Source: Octopus sinensis (lineage: Eukaryota). From it: a stretch of 64,000 nt of DNA. Below the pieces are notes generated by a model. That model was not told where the DNA came from, searched no databases, and saw only the letters and a list, made by a program, of their open reading frames with translations. Shown one piece after another: positions 25,785-39,578 of the stretch. The stretch is taken from contig NC_042999.1 of NCBI RefSeq assembly GCF_006345805.1, positions 116,622,001-116,686,000 on the forward strand. The letters are read 5' to 3'. The position numbers and the translations under genes were made by a program. The number at the start of each line of letters is the position of its first letter. Positions within the stretch are counted from its first letter, which is position 1.

Positions 25785-26924
25785 TTGTTTCTACTGTCCT
25801 AATTTTGTTTAGCAAGTAGAGGGAATAGCCTTCGGAGATTTTCGTGCTGTCTATATAACCGTAGCGCGCTTACTTAGATACGTATTCATCTCCTCTTCTC
25901 TTTCTCTTTTTATTTCTCTCTTTCTCTCTCACGATCTGATCTCTCCCGCCGCCTACTCTTTCTAAATTGCCGCACCTATCTGCCTTGTTTTTCCTCACTG
26001 AAATCTCTCACACTTTCCCCTTGTCTTTCCTCTCTTCCTCGCACACACCCTTTTCCCTCCTCTCTTTCTATTTACTTTTCTTTATCTCTCTCTCTCTCTC
26101 TCTCTCTCTTCTCATGCTCTTTCTCTCCCTTGTCGACTACCGTCCTAACTTGCCGCTCCTATGTGACTCTCTCTTTCCCTCTCTTTGTATTCTTTTATTC
26201 AGCTTTCATCCCGCTCTCTCTCTCTCTCCCTCTTTCTCTCTCTATCTATCTATCTATCTATCTCTTTCTCTCGCTCTCAATATCTAATATCGTTTTCTTT
26301 TCGTCTCGGTCCTCTCAGAAACTTCTACCTTGGCCTTTATTTCTCCCCACCTCACTCTGTGTATAGATTCATACATCCGTCGTAAATGTGTGTGTGTGTG
26401 GTGTGTGTGTTGTGCGTGTGTGTGTGTGTGTGTGTGTGTGCGTGCGTGTGTGTGTGCGTGCGTGTGTGTGTGTGTGTGTGTGTGTTGTGTGTGTGTGTGT
26501 GCGTGTGTGAGTGTGTGTGTGTGTGTGGTGTGTGTGTGTCCTTGTGTTTGTGTTTGTGTTACACTACTGTTTCACAACTAGCAGTTCGGCAAACGAGACC
26601 GACAGAACATGTACCAGCCTGCAAAAGAGAAATAATTACCTGAAGTCCATTTGTCTAACTCATATGTCGGTGAAACGGGGTAAATTACCCAAAATGGCGT
26701 AAAATTAAATACTTGGCGGTAATGAGGAGGATTCATTAGACATAAGTAAAATTATATTTAAAAAAAAGGTGTTTTTTGTTGTCTATGATTTTCTTCCATT
26801 CGAATCAAGGTGGTAAAGTCAACGTAAATAAATATATTTCAGGGAAATTGATTAAAAATGTTGCCCGTCCCCTGATCTAACTAAACTCTTCAGTTCTGTG
26901 GGTAAAACGAAAAAATATATATTC

Positions 26925-27640
26925 GTTGTACGGTAGAGAGTTTGCCTCGCAGTCAGGCGATTTTGGGTTCAACCCCACAGCGCAGCATTTTGGGCAAGTG
27001 CCCTCTATCCATATCATATCACCGAGCCAATCAGTGCCCGTTGACTATGTGTGTGTGTGCGTGTGTGGCTTTTTTTTTCTAGAAAAACGTAAATCCAGTG
27101 AAATAGCACACTAAGAATTGTCACACCACCTACCGCTCGACAACTGATATTGTTTCTCTATGTCCCCGCAACTTAGCGGTTCAGCCAAAGAGAACATTAA
27201 AATGATCACAAGGCTAAAAAAGGGAAAAGGACCTGGCTGCAAGTCTAATGATTGAAATGAAAGATAAAAGATATCTTTTATTTATTTCATCATTAGACTG
27301 CGTGCGGCCATTCTGGGGCATAGCCTTGAAAGTTTTAAGTCGAGGAATTCAGCCCCAGGACTTATTTTACTTTTTAAGCCTAGTACTTATTATATTGGCC
27401 TCTTTGGCCGAACCGCTAGTTTACAGGAACGTAAACACACCAACACCTACTGTCAAACGGTGGTGGGAAGAGAAACACAGTCACAAAAACACACACACAT
27501 AGGAATATGCACGTAATATATACGTCAAGCTTCTTTCAGTTTCCATCTAACAGATTCACTCACAAGGCTTTGGTGTGCCCGAAGCTATTGTAGAAGACAC
27601 TTGCCCTAAGTGCCAGGCAGTGGAACAAAACCTGGATATG
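26925..27640. mobile_element. Tail-to-tail pair of decayed SINE family B copies (plus 26925-27272, minus 27273-27640)
   Basis: Both carry family B head and tail motifs. The tails meet in the 18-bp palindrome ATAAAAGATATCTTTTAT (27264-27281). Confidence 0.7.
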
Positions 27641-27692
27641 TTTGATATGTCCAAGTGATATATATGTGTGTGTACATATATATATATATATA

Positions 27693-28449
27693 CGAGAAAG
27701 AAGCGACAAGAATGGATTAGTTTTTAGTACAATTGTTTCATACAAAGACAGGCTTTATTAAAAGTTGCAAATATTGCAGCAGATAAAAGTGTCCCGTACT
27801 CATCAGCTAAAACACATATGAGTTCTCCAAACATCTTAGTGGGTGAGGCTATACTCATGAAGTATTGGAGATAATTTCATTAAAAGCAGATTTAGGTTGT
27901 AAACAGACTTCCGAAGTTCTTTAATGATGATGCACAGTCTTATCACAGGTTTTTAAAAAAAGCTTATAGCTTCACAGAGAAGGTGAATTAATCCGTAGTG
28001 TAGATGTAAATTTCCCGAGATATGAGGAGGAATTTCATACTCCAGACGATGAATTTATCTATGGTTAATCCACAATGAGGTGGGTATAATTTCATTCTAC
28101 ATGATAAGGTATTTGTCACATTACTGTTCTCTTCACAAGACTGCTATGTTATGACTTCTAAAGGCTGAAGGAATTTTTTGTGGAGCAAAGAAAAGAAAAG
28201 AAAGGAAAGAGAAGAAAAGAGACAACTTCGGAAGTCTGTTTACAACCTAAATCTGCTTTTAATGAAATTATCTCCAATACTTCATGAGTATAGCCTCACC
28301 CACTAAGATGTTTGGAGAACTCATATGTGTTTTAGCTGATGAGTACGAGACACTTTTATCTGCTGCAATATTTGCAACTTTTAATAAAGCCTGTCTTTGT
28401 ATGAAACAATTGTACTAAAAACTAATCCATTCTTGCTGCTTCTTTCTCG
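27693..28449. repeat. Long near-perfect inverted repeat (226-bp arms, 305-bp spacer); probable MITE/fold-back element
   Basis: 27693-27918 is the reverse complement of 28224-28449 with three mismatches by manual alignment. The left end reads TA-CGAG, like the mariner termini in this window. Confidence 0.9.
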
Positions 28450-28739
28450 TTTATAATCACCCCACATTACTGTATGGTTAACACCATATAGTTTTCTGGT
28501 GCATCTAAGTTAAGTACCGCATTCAAGTAAATTCATTAGAATTGACTTGAATCTTAATTGCTTATATATATATATATATATCCCAACCACATGGTTCCGA
28601 GCTCAGTCCCATTGCGTGGCACCTTGGGCCAACCGAAGCCTTGTGAGTAGATTTGGTAGATGAAAGCTGAAAGAATCTCGTCGTATATATATATATAATG
28701 TACTGTTCCTTGATAGTACTCCAGCTGGCGAGATGCAAA

Positions 28740-29394
28740 TATTATTTATTTAAAGGGCACAATGCATGTATAAATAGTTTCATATGTTGAGAAAACTCAA
28801 ACATAGTCTTCAGGCGCAAACCACATATCATAACGGACTAAAAAAATTGAATAAGAGAAGAAGCGCGGAAAAACTGAGACGGCAGCATATAGAAAAGGCA
28901 GAAAATAAACAACGGAAAACATAAAATGAAAACACAAAAACAAAAATGTAAAAAATAAAAAGTAAAAAGGAAAAGGAGCTATCCTTCTTAGATCTTAAAT
29001 GATAAGGCTGGAAAGATATCAAGTCAGGAATTGGCGGAATTTTCCAATTCTTCAGAATATATTTATACATATACATGCAACTACTGAAAATCTCTGACCT
29101 AGAGTTCAATTGGGAGTTTGCGATTTTAGATTTGAACAAGTCTGCGCTCTTTCAGCCAAACAAAGCCTACATTTATTCGATCCATTCACATTCCATTTTC
29201 CGTTGTTTACTTTCTGCGTTTTCTATATGATGCCTTCTTAGTTTTTTTTCGTTTTGCGTTTCTTCTATTATTCAAATTTTTTTTTTTAGTTCGATATATG
29301 TGGTTTGCGCCTGAAGAATATATCTAAGTTTTCTCAACATATGAAACTATTAGTAGCGCTTTAATACATTTATTGTGCCCTCAGATAAATAATA
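28740..29394. repeat. Older inverted repeat / fold-back element (~180-200-bp diverged arms)
   Basis: 28740-28920 is the reverse complement of 29195-29394, with shared blocks AATAGTTTCATATGTTGAGAAAACT, TCTTCAGGCGCAAACCACATAT and TAAACAACGGAAAA. Confidence 0.8.
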
Positions 29395-29420
29395 TGTGTG
29401 TGTGAATGCTGGCCTTATGG

Positions 29421-29970
29421 TGACACACGCCGGGCGAAATGCGTAGTTGTATTTCGTCTGCCGTTACGTTGTGAGTTCAAATTCTGCCGAGGTCGACTTT
29501 GCCTTTCATCCTTTCAGGGTCGATAAATTAAGTAGCAGTTACGCACTGGGGTCGATGCAATCGACTTAATCCCTACGTCTGTCTTGTTTGTCCACTCTAT
29601 GTTAGCCCCATGTGGGTAGCAAAGAAATAGGTATTTCATCTGCCTCTACGTTGTGAGTTCAAATTCCGCCGAGGTCGACTTTACCTTTCATCCTTTCAGG
29701 GACGATTAAATAAGTACCAGTTACGCACTGGGGTCGATATAATCGAGTTAATCCGTTTGTCTGTCCTTGTTTGTCCTCTCTGTGTGTAGCCCCTTGTGGA
29801 TAGTAAAGTAATAGGTATTTCGTCTGCCGTTACGTTCTGAGTTCAAATTCCGCCGAGGTCGACTTTGCCTTTCATCCTTTCGGGGTCGATAAATTGAGTT
29901 CCTGCTGTGTACCGGGGTCAATCTAATCGACTGGTCCCCTCCCCAAAATTTCAGGTCTGGTGCATAGAGT
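29421..29970 (+). mobile_element. Tandem trimer of SINE family A units
   Basis: Three successive cores (GAGTTCAAATT..GCCGAGGTCGACTTT) at ~190-bp spacing. Units 2 and 3 begin at the same AATAG-GTATTTC junction. Confidence 0.88.
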
Positions 29971-30065
29971 AGGAAAGAATATGTGTGTGTGATTAGTGGC
30001 TTGGCAGAAAGAGACCGATAGATTAAGTGCTAGGCATATAAGTGCTGGGGTCCATTTGTTCGACT

Positions 30066-30218
30066 CAGTCATGGGCAATTTGCGACCTGCGGGATTTCCT
30101 GAATGGCACGCCTAACGCAGAATTACTTTCATATTTTTTTCTATTAATAGTATGACCCACCTTATGGTGACTCATGTGTCACATGGCCTGCTTCCTCGGG
30201 AAAAGTTGCGCACACCTG
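30066..30218. mobile_element. hAT-like MITE inserted into the 3' part of a SINE B copy (29998-30275)
   Basis: Ends CAGTCATGGGCAATTTGCGACCTGCGGG and CAGGTGTGCGCAACTTTT (reverse complement). It splits SINE B at TTCGACT|AAAGGCGG; the TSD is only partly recoverable. Confidence 0.6.
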
Positions 30219-30988
30219 GAATAAAGGCGGTGCCCAGTATAACCGATGTCCAACGACTGAAATAGGTAATAGAAAAAAAGGTGTATACACACACCTGCAC
30301 ACATATACACACAACTACACACACACACACACCTGCACACACACACTCACACACACATACACACATACACCGGCGCATACACATACGCACGCACACACAC
30401 ACACGCATACATCCCCACACACAAGCACATACACATAAACACACATATATAGGGGTCCCAGCGCACCTATATAGTATGAAATTTGCTTCCCAACCTCAAG
30501 GATCCGGGTTCAGTCCCACTGCGAGTATCTATTATTATGTCCCTGGGCCGAGCAAAGTTTAGTAAATGGATGTGGTTGACAGAAACTGAAAGAAAAACCC
30601 ATTCAGTGTGTTTGCGTGTGTGTGCTTGCGGATGTACGTACGTATGTATGTGTGCGTGTATGTATGTATGTATGTATGTATGTATGTATGTATGTATGTA
30701 TGTATGTGTGTTTTTGTGTTTGTATTTATATGCGTATGCTGTCTCAGAGCTCATTAAGTCTGTCAGTATATGTATGCGTGTATGTACATATGTATGTATG
30801 TGTGTATGTATGTATGTATGTATGTATGTATGTATGTATGTATGTATGTTCGTATGTATATATGTATGTCCTTACTCTCTGCCCTTCGTTGCTGCTTTAA
30901 TTTTCGTAACTTTTGCTACCCCACCCCATCTCCATTTCTCTCTCTCCCGCTCTCTCTTTCTCTCTCTCTCTCTCTCTCTTTCATTGTA

Positions 30989-31021
<33 letters not shown>

Positions 31022-31289
31022 CTTCTCTCTCTCTCACCCCTGATCTAGTTACCCTTTGTTTCCTGACAATGTCCTTCTTGTCACCTTTTTCTTTCTATTA
31101 CGTGTCTTCTTTCGTTCTTTCTTTTCTCCTCTCTCTCTCCTCTCTCTCTCTCTCTCTCCTTCTCTTTCCCTTCTACTTACCATCTTCTCTCTCACCTTTT
31201 TTATTTTTCTTTCTCTTCCTCCTTTTCTGTGTTTATTTGCTCTACGCTGTCAGCCATTCAATAATCTCATTCTCATTATTACTCCCCGC

Positions 31290-31470
<181 letters not shown>

Positions 31471-31676
31471 CTATCAACCTACCAGCCCGTCTGTCTGAAG
31501 GCCATCTGTCTGACTTGTCAGTCCGTCTGTCTGTTTGCCTGTCTGTCTGTCTCTCAGACACTCACTGAGAGATCGGACAGTCTGGTCGTGTACATATGTG
31601 CATAAACGCATAGGAAGTATTCCGTACCAAGCTGTAATGTGTCTCCCATATGTAGTCATGATTAATGTATTTATGC

Positions 31677-31733
<57 letters not shown>

Positions 31734-31863
31734 ACGTTTGTGGTAAGAAGTTTGCTTTTCAACCTTAGAATTTCGGGGGCAACCCCACTGCGTGGCATCC
31801 TGGGCAAGTGTTCTCTTCTATAGCCTCGGGTCGACCACAGAATTGTGAGTGAATTTATGAATG

Positions 31864-32825
31864 TCATTATTCAGTTTTATTTCAAGATTTCTCGTTAATA
31901 CAGTAAGAGCCGGTTTCTAACCTAGATCCATAGCTCCTTCATTGGAATTTCAACATCAACAGGACATTTTTGTATGTATGTATGTATGTATGTATGTATG
32001 TATGTATGTATGTATGTATGTATGGATGGATGGATGGATGGATGGATGGATGGATGGATTGATGGATGGATGGATGGATATGAGCAGATTTGTATATTTT
32101 GTTTTATGTATTTTCATGCATATTGTTGCATGTATAGACATGCTCACATATGCTTAAATGATAAACTTCTGGGAAGTTTTACAGATTTTTCCAGTTCCAT
32201 TGATGGCTTGGATATTTAGTCTTCGAATCTGCTTTCTCCTCTCAGTTTTTGAGAAGCCTAATTTTTCAAGTATTTAGGCAGTGTATTACATATCCCAGTG
32301 TACCAATAATTACAGGTATAAACCTGAACTTCTAATCTGGATAGAGTAGCTGTAGATTCATGAATAGTTAAGGCTGGGCATTCTGTGTTTCACTGATCTT
32401 CAGCTTTATGCTAACATCCGCTAGGCAGCTGATTTCCGCAACTGTACGCAATTTCTCTTCTCTATACGAATTTACTATGTCAGGTCTATCATGTTTACAT
32501 TTTATTGAGGTCTTCACTGGGATATTCCACCAGTACTCCTTTTTATTATGAGTACCTATGACTTCTACCATACTGTAGGATTTATTTCTTTGTGCTCGGT
32601 GTTATCCTTCCCACGGATTTCATTATATAGTGTCCTAGCTACAATATCATGTCTCATCGGTAGTTAACACCATAATGACATTTTCGAACAACTGATTATG
32701 ATGTGGGTGATATCTTCGGTGTTAACTCCACAAACTCTGCATCGGTTATCACATTTTCCTGATTTTCCTGCGTCTCTGTCTTTTTGTGCATCAGATATTT
32801 GGTTGATATTTCTTGCTCTTTATGT
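31864..32825 (-). mobile_element. R4-like retrotransposon relic: CCHC knuckle, REL endonuclease and 3' UTR
   Basis: The minus strand (with frameshifts) reads CDNRCRVCGVNTEDITHIIISC (CCHC), MRHDIVAR, YWWNIPVKTSIKCKHDRPDIV...EISC, IPVIIGTLG and [19 protein letters not shown]. Confidence 0.88.
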
Positions 32826-33093
32826 GCGCGCGTGCGTGTGTGCACTAAGATGTAGAATCGGGTTGGTGTCCGAATGAGCAGTAATAATCGGGTTGGTGTC
32901 CGAATGAGCAGTAAGACCAATTCGAGTACGACATACCTGGTCTTTGTCAAAGCACCCTTCTAGGAGAAGGCTAATTCGCATACAGAACCTACGGCTTCAC
33001 TGAGCCGGTTATCTTGTATTTTTCTCGTCACTGGGCTTCTTGGTGTTGCTAGTGAGAATCGTTGTGGCTTTGTGCAAACCGCACTCAAACTTC

Positions 33094-33175
33094 AAAACCT
33101 TTGTACGGGCATTGCTGACAACTTAACACTTGTCAGCGATGACCATGATCGTCTAACGAGCAGTTAACCATCTTC
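33094..33175 (+). mobile_element. RTE-like 3' terminal segment followed by (TATG)n (33181-33348)
   Basis: Near-identical to 20888-20970; the terminal motif is related to 33901-33934. Confidence 0.55.
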
Positions 33176-33287
33176 ATATAGTGTATGTATGTATGTATGT
33201 ATGTATGTATGTATGTATGTATGTATGTATGTATGTATGTATGTATGTATGTATGTACGTATGTACGTATGTACGTATGTATGTATG

Positions 33288-33348
<61 letters not shown>

Positions 33349-33350
<2 letters not shown>

Positions 33351-33934
33351 GAGGTATAAGGACTTGCTGAAGGCTTCCTTGAGAGATACTTGCATCTCTC
33401 CTGACACATGGGAGAGCATAGCTATTGATCGTAGCAGGTGGAGAAGGATTGTACATGAGGAGACAGCTACTTTTGAGAAATCTCGAGCTGCGCATGAGAA
33501 AGTAAGGAGGGATGTCAGGAAGGGCATCGTTGTTACACTTCCAGATGGGATGGGTCTTCCTATGCTGCTGACATGCAGTGTCTGTGTAAGACCATGCCTC
33601 AGTAAAGCTGGACTCAAGAGTCATCTTCGCAGTCATAAAACGAGACAGATGAGTGACAACCTGACCACTGGTTGTGGTGTTATACACCATACTAATCATA
33701 TCTGTCAAGCATGTGGAAGAGAGTGTAATTCGGCAAGAGGACTTAAACGACATACATAGGTACATGAAACCCAGTTACAACTACAACCGGCTATTGCCAT
33801 AAAGGTTTTAGCTGCCAAATCTGTACAAGACATTGTAGATCTTTAGCTGGGCTAAAAGGTCAAATTCGATCACAGCACCAATAACATTTAAGCTTCATGC
33901 AATGGCCATACTCGATAACGAGGGGGCAGCCATC
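33349..33934 (+). mobile_element. RTE-clade LINE, 5'-truncated: C-terminus with two C2H2-like zinc fingers and 3' UTR; (TATG)n on both sides
   Basis: KRYKDLLKASLRDTCISPDTWESIAIDRSRWRR is the RTE C-terminal motif. It is followed by CSVCVRPCLSKAGLKSHLRSH and CQACGRECNSARGLKRH; stop at 33759. Confidence 0.85.
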
Positions 33935-35016
33935 ATGTATGTATGTATGTATGTATGTATGTATGTATGTATGTATGTATGTATGTATGTATGTATGTAT
34001 GTATGTATGTATGTATGTATGTATGTATGTATGTATGTATGTATGTGGGTATGTATGTATGTATGCATGTACGTTTGAAGGTATGTGTGTATTCTGAATT
34101 AAAACTATCATTTATTGGAAGTGTTCATGTTTATATTTGTTTAGATTTCAAAATAAAAGGAAGAAACTAATATATTTTGACCTCAACATTAAAGTAAAGA
34201 AGAGACACCAAAATTGACAGTTAAACATAGCTTTTATTACCTGTGTGGGTGTGTGCAGTGTGTATGCGTATGTAATAACGTGGGGTGTGTATGAAAGCGC
34301 CTTAGTATGTGAGGATATATATGTGTGTCCACAGTCGGATTTGGTTAAACAGTTTTCAAAAATAAATACAATCTCTCTCTCCCCTTTTCTCTCTCTCCAT
34401 TTCTCTCTTCCCCCTTCTCTCCCCTTTTTCTTTTTGCTTCTTCCCTCCGTCTTGACCTCCAGACCCAGAACAAACTGTTTTTACCTTAATTTATTATAAA
34501 TTTTTACTGATATTTGATAAACTGATTTACATCAAAACTGGTTATATTTTCTTATATAATTTTTTATTAAATTCCGTGTTGAATTGAAATTTCTTAGACT
34601 TACTTCTGTGCTATTTCCACCTCCATCTTATATATAATCAAAATAAGCAACAAGGATATCCAGAGATAATGCAGTGCCATCGTTTCATGCGACTCCATTT
34701 AATTGAACAATGCAAACATTACAACAATTTAAAATGTAGAGCAATCTTCAGCTGCATAAAAATATAGAATTTAGTTAAATTCGAAGGACTCATATGTATA
34801 ATTTTTTTATCCAAAATCACCAAGAGGATAAGTAGATAGACAAAGAACATGTTTTATCAACATCACAGTTATAACAGAAGATTGCTCTACATTATAAATT
34901 GATGTAATGAAAAGAAAAAAACAATGCTAAGACATCACGGACCGAATGGTACTTGTAGGACATGTTTCCTTCCCGCTGGGGCTGAGTAATAGTCGGTCCT
35001 CTCTGATCCCACCCTG

Positions 35017-35053
<37 letters not shown>

Positions 35054-35134
35054 GAGAGAGAGAGAGTAAGATATCTGTCTCTACCCTTTTCTCCCTCTTT
35101 CTGTCTCCATCTCTCTTTCTCTCTGATATAATCT

Positions 35135-35210
<76 letters not shown>

Positions 35211-35464
35211 GTGTATGTATGTATGTATGTACGTACGTACGCATGTATGTATGTATGTATGTATGTATGTATGTATGTATGTATGTATGTATGTATAGAA
35301 GAAGATACACTTGCTCAATGTTCTGTACATCGGAACTGAACATATAACCACATAGCTACGCAGCGAAAATTTTAACTACAACGCAGCTATAATATATAGG
35401 TGTGTGTGTGTGTGTGTGTGAGTGAGAGAGAGAGAGAGAGAGAGTGTGTGTGTGTGTGTGTGTG

Positions 35465-35615
35465 CAGGGCCGGTCCTAAAGTTACTGGCGCTCAGGGCAA
35501 GTTGAACTTCGGCGTGTACAAGCTGACGATCGTGGAAATTTCCTTGTCTTTGTCAGGCCCTCCTTAGCGTCCCCTAGCACATGGCACCCCAGGCAACTTG
35601 TGTGCCGGTACCTTG
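35465..35615. mobile_element. Possible hAT-like MITE inside a (TG)n tract
   Basis: 5' end CAGGGCCGGTCCTA...GGCGCTCAGGGCAA; the 3' end is degenerate (GCCGGTACCTTG). Confidence 0.4.
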
Positions 35616-35648
35616 TGTGTGTGTATATATCTTTTATTATATTTAATA

Positions 35649-35866
35649 TTTTACTTGTTGAGTTTCAGTCATTTGTCCATGCTGGACCTCTACCTTGAAA
35701 GTTTGAGTCAAACGAATAGACCCCAGTACTCGTAATTTTTTAAGCTCGGTATTTTTCTATCGATATCTATTGCCGAACCGATAAGTTACTGGACGTTATC
35801 AAACCAGGCCAGTTATCAAGCACAGCGTGAGATGACAAACACATGCATGAAGACACACACTCACAC

Positions 35867-35903
<37 letters not shown>

Positions 35904-36073
35904 GTATATACCACAGGCTTCTTTCAGTTTCCGTCCATCAAATTCACTCACAAGGTTTTGGTCGACCCGCAGCAATAGTAGAAAACGCTTGCCCATAGTA
36001 CCACGCAGAGGAACTGAACCCGAAACCACGTGGTTGGGAAGAAAACCTCTTGCCACACAGTCATTCCTGCGTC
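35649..36073 (-). mobile_element. SINE family B, full length, diverged
   Basis: The reverse complement gives the head GACGCAGGAATGACTGTGTGG...GGGTTCAGTTCC, the body and the tail AAACTCAACAAGTAAAA. Confidence 0.82.
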
Positions 36074-36312
36074 TATAATGTTTTGCTATAAATAATCCTA
36101 AATATGAACCGAATATAATATAAAATACGTATTTTTATTCTCATACTAAGATCTTATGTTATTATTACAAACATGCCATGCGTTTCTCCATTCACCAGCC
36201 AAGCTCAGCACATCGGTTATACAGCGTTTATGACTTTCAACTCTCCACAGAGCAGTGAATCATAAGTCTCTTTAAATACATTATATATATATATATATAT
36301 ATATAGATAGAT

Positions 36313-36347
<35 letters not shown>

Positions 36348-36414
36348 AAAGAGAGAGTGAGTGAATGAGTGGGTGAGTGAGAGAGAGAGAAAGAGAGAGA
36401 GAGACGTATAGACA

Positions 36415-36630
36415 GATGAGAGGAAGGCTATCAATTCCATCACTGAAGCTGCATAGGTCACTGGATGGCTTTGGATAAAGAGGACAGACCAGTGGTTTGC
36501 TGCTATTGAGATGCAATTTGGAACTTGATCAACCTCAACTGGGTCAAATGAGCAAGGAGTCTGATATTGAAAGACCCTTCACCCACTGAGACTTCAGAAA
36601 CGTTCACTGACGAAGTATCCCGGAGCATCT
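36415..36630 (+). mobile_element. HERO-like (REL clade) non-LTR retrotransposon 3' end
   Basis: RKAINSITEAA*VTGWLWIKRTDQW resembles the HERO C-terminus (AI..I.EAAE.ASRWLWIKR.D.W). The downstream TGATCAACC...CTGGGTC...TGATATTGAAAGACCC...CACTGACGAAGTATCC resembles HERO 3' UTRs as I recall them. Confidence 0.65.
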
Positions 36631-36729
36631 ACGAGTTTTCGATTCAGGAAAGGGCTCGGAATATGCATTGATTTCTCTTTGGTTCTCTGCATTCCTGGAT
36701 CCTCCCTCTTATAGGTGCCGTTTTATATA

Positions 36730-37550
36730 TACAGCGTGTTCGGTCAAAATTCGACGATTTTTATTTCTCAGGAATTGCTTCATGTACCGATGGAAAGTCA
36801 ACGACGTTGAAGAGCATAAAGATTAAAGTTGTAGCTGAGAAAAAGTTTACTGACATGGAGGATTGGAAGCAATTTGAATATTGGAAAAGAGTTACCAGTA
36901 TCAAGATGATTTGCGCTGGATATCAAAATGCCGAATCATAACTACTGTTCTCAATGTCCTGTGTATACTGTAAAGGATGTAAGGCGTGATATGAGCAGCT
37001 ACAACGGAGGCCATGAAGCCGTGGCCAGTAGGAAAGGATACTGCACACCGGAATTCATTTTCACATTATTCAATAGGGCCTTAGTATCAGTTCAGACGGC
37101 TGTGTGACGCTCCTTGAATCCGTGGTCAATCCCTAGCTAGAGAGGGTTGCTGCAGGAGGGCCATATGTATAGCGACAAGATTTGACTCCTTACCATATCT
37201 CTGGAAAGATTCAGAAGTGGGTGGCAGAGAATTACTTCACCTGCCCCCAATTAATTCTCCCGATTGGAATCCCATGGACTACTATGTGTGGAGCGCGGTT
37301 GAGAAAGATATCAATCGCTTTGCTTGGAGCACTAAGGCTTAACTAGTGGCCAAGAGGTGTTCCAAGATCTTCTCAGTGACACAGTGCAAAACATACGCAC
37401 CAGGTTCCGGAGCCGCCTTGATGCTGTTATCTTCCTGCCATAATCTAAGGGATACTTTTTACTTTTTTAAAATACTTTTATTTTTGGATGGGATATTGTG
37501 CTTTGTTATCCGTTTATGCAAACTGTTAACTTTAGCCCAAATACGCAATA
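36730..37550 (+). mobile_element. maT/Tc1-like transposon relic, internally deleted
   Basis: VAAGGPYV*RQDLTPYHISGKIQKWVAEN...NSPDWNPMDYYVWSAVEKDINR (37148-37318). Degenerate TA-flanked TIRs (TACAGCGTGTTCGGTC / TATTGCGTATTTGGGC). Confidence 0.72.
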
Positions 37551-38289
37551 TATATATAGGGAGAGGGGGCTGAAAAGTTCCTAGCTTTGGGTAAAAAACA
37601 ATACAGGTGGATCAGTTAATTATGATTTTATTCAACATATTTCCCTCTCAGATTCACACACTTATTGCGGCGGTTCTCCATTTTTTTTTGAGCCTATAAA
37701 AAGAACTCGGCAAGGTCGGCCTCCAGCCCGGCCTTTAGCGATACACACACGCGCGCGCAGGCACGCACGCGCACACACACACATATACGCCGGGCTTCTT
37801 TCTATAGCAGACGTCACCTACCCATGGTGTCAGGCAGTGGAACTGAACCCGGAACCAAGTGGTTGGGAAGCAAGCTTCTTACCACACAATCCCGCCTTTG
37901 TATGTATGTATGTATGTATGTATGTATGTATGTATGTATGTGTATGTATCAAAGTTACTCATAAAGCATTAGTCGGCCCGGGCTTTTGTTCGCATTGTAC
38001 ACACAGGTGTCACGAAGTGGGACCGAACCCGAAACCATGTGACTGATAAGTGAACTACCAAAACACATGTGTGTTGAGGCAACAAATTTTAAGAGAGGTG
38101 TTTATTAAATTCTCCCCACGACTTGACAGGTGTCGATAAAATAAAGAACAAAACGAGTTCTTCTCTTCAAAACTTAGGCCTTGTAACTATTTTAGAAATA
38201 ATAATTGTTGTTGTTATATAATAACAAACAAATTATACACCCATAAATGTAAATATAATTGTCTTTGTTTCTAGATTTATACATGTATT

Positions 38290-39065
<776 letters not shown>

Positions 39066-39322
39066 ACACACACTTTTATGTACTTGATTTATTACAAGTG
39101 AAACCCCCGAAACATTAAAGTTTTATTTTTTTTTCGGTTTTATCAAATCAAATGTTGATTTTCCTTTTTTTGCTTAATTATCAGATTTCAAACGTCATCT
39201 GTTTGACCAATTGAATTTAATATAAAACCATGAAAGTTAACTTTTATTTTTGTCTCTTTTCTTTTAGTTATTATGTTTCATTTTTGATTACTTCATTATT
39301 TCAGAAAGAGGCGGGACTTCCT

Positions 39323-39358
<36 letters not shown>

Positions 39359-39379
39359 CACATTTACATATCGAAATAT

Positions 39380-39392
39380 CAAGAGAAAGAGA

Positions 39393-39427
<35 letters not shown>

Positions 39428-39542
39428 TGAAGTGTGTGTTTATTCATATCCATATTATCGACATATATGTGTGTGTACATATGTACATATATGTCAGTTT
39501 TTATTAATCTGTGAGAGATAAAGAGAGAGAGAGAGTGAGAGA

Positions 39543-39578
<36 letters not shown>

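Noticed and set aside
33181-33759. 192-aa ORF with C2H2 fingers as a host zinc-finger gene
   Set aside because: The first third is (TATG)n and the rest is an RTE C-terminus followed by an RTE-type UTR and tail.
37551-37745. Mariner-like terminus GAGGGGGCTGAAAAGTTCC
   Set aside because: Only one end is visible, with no coding remnant or partner TIR.
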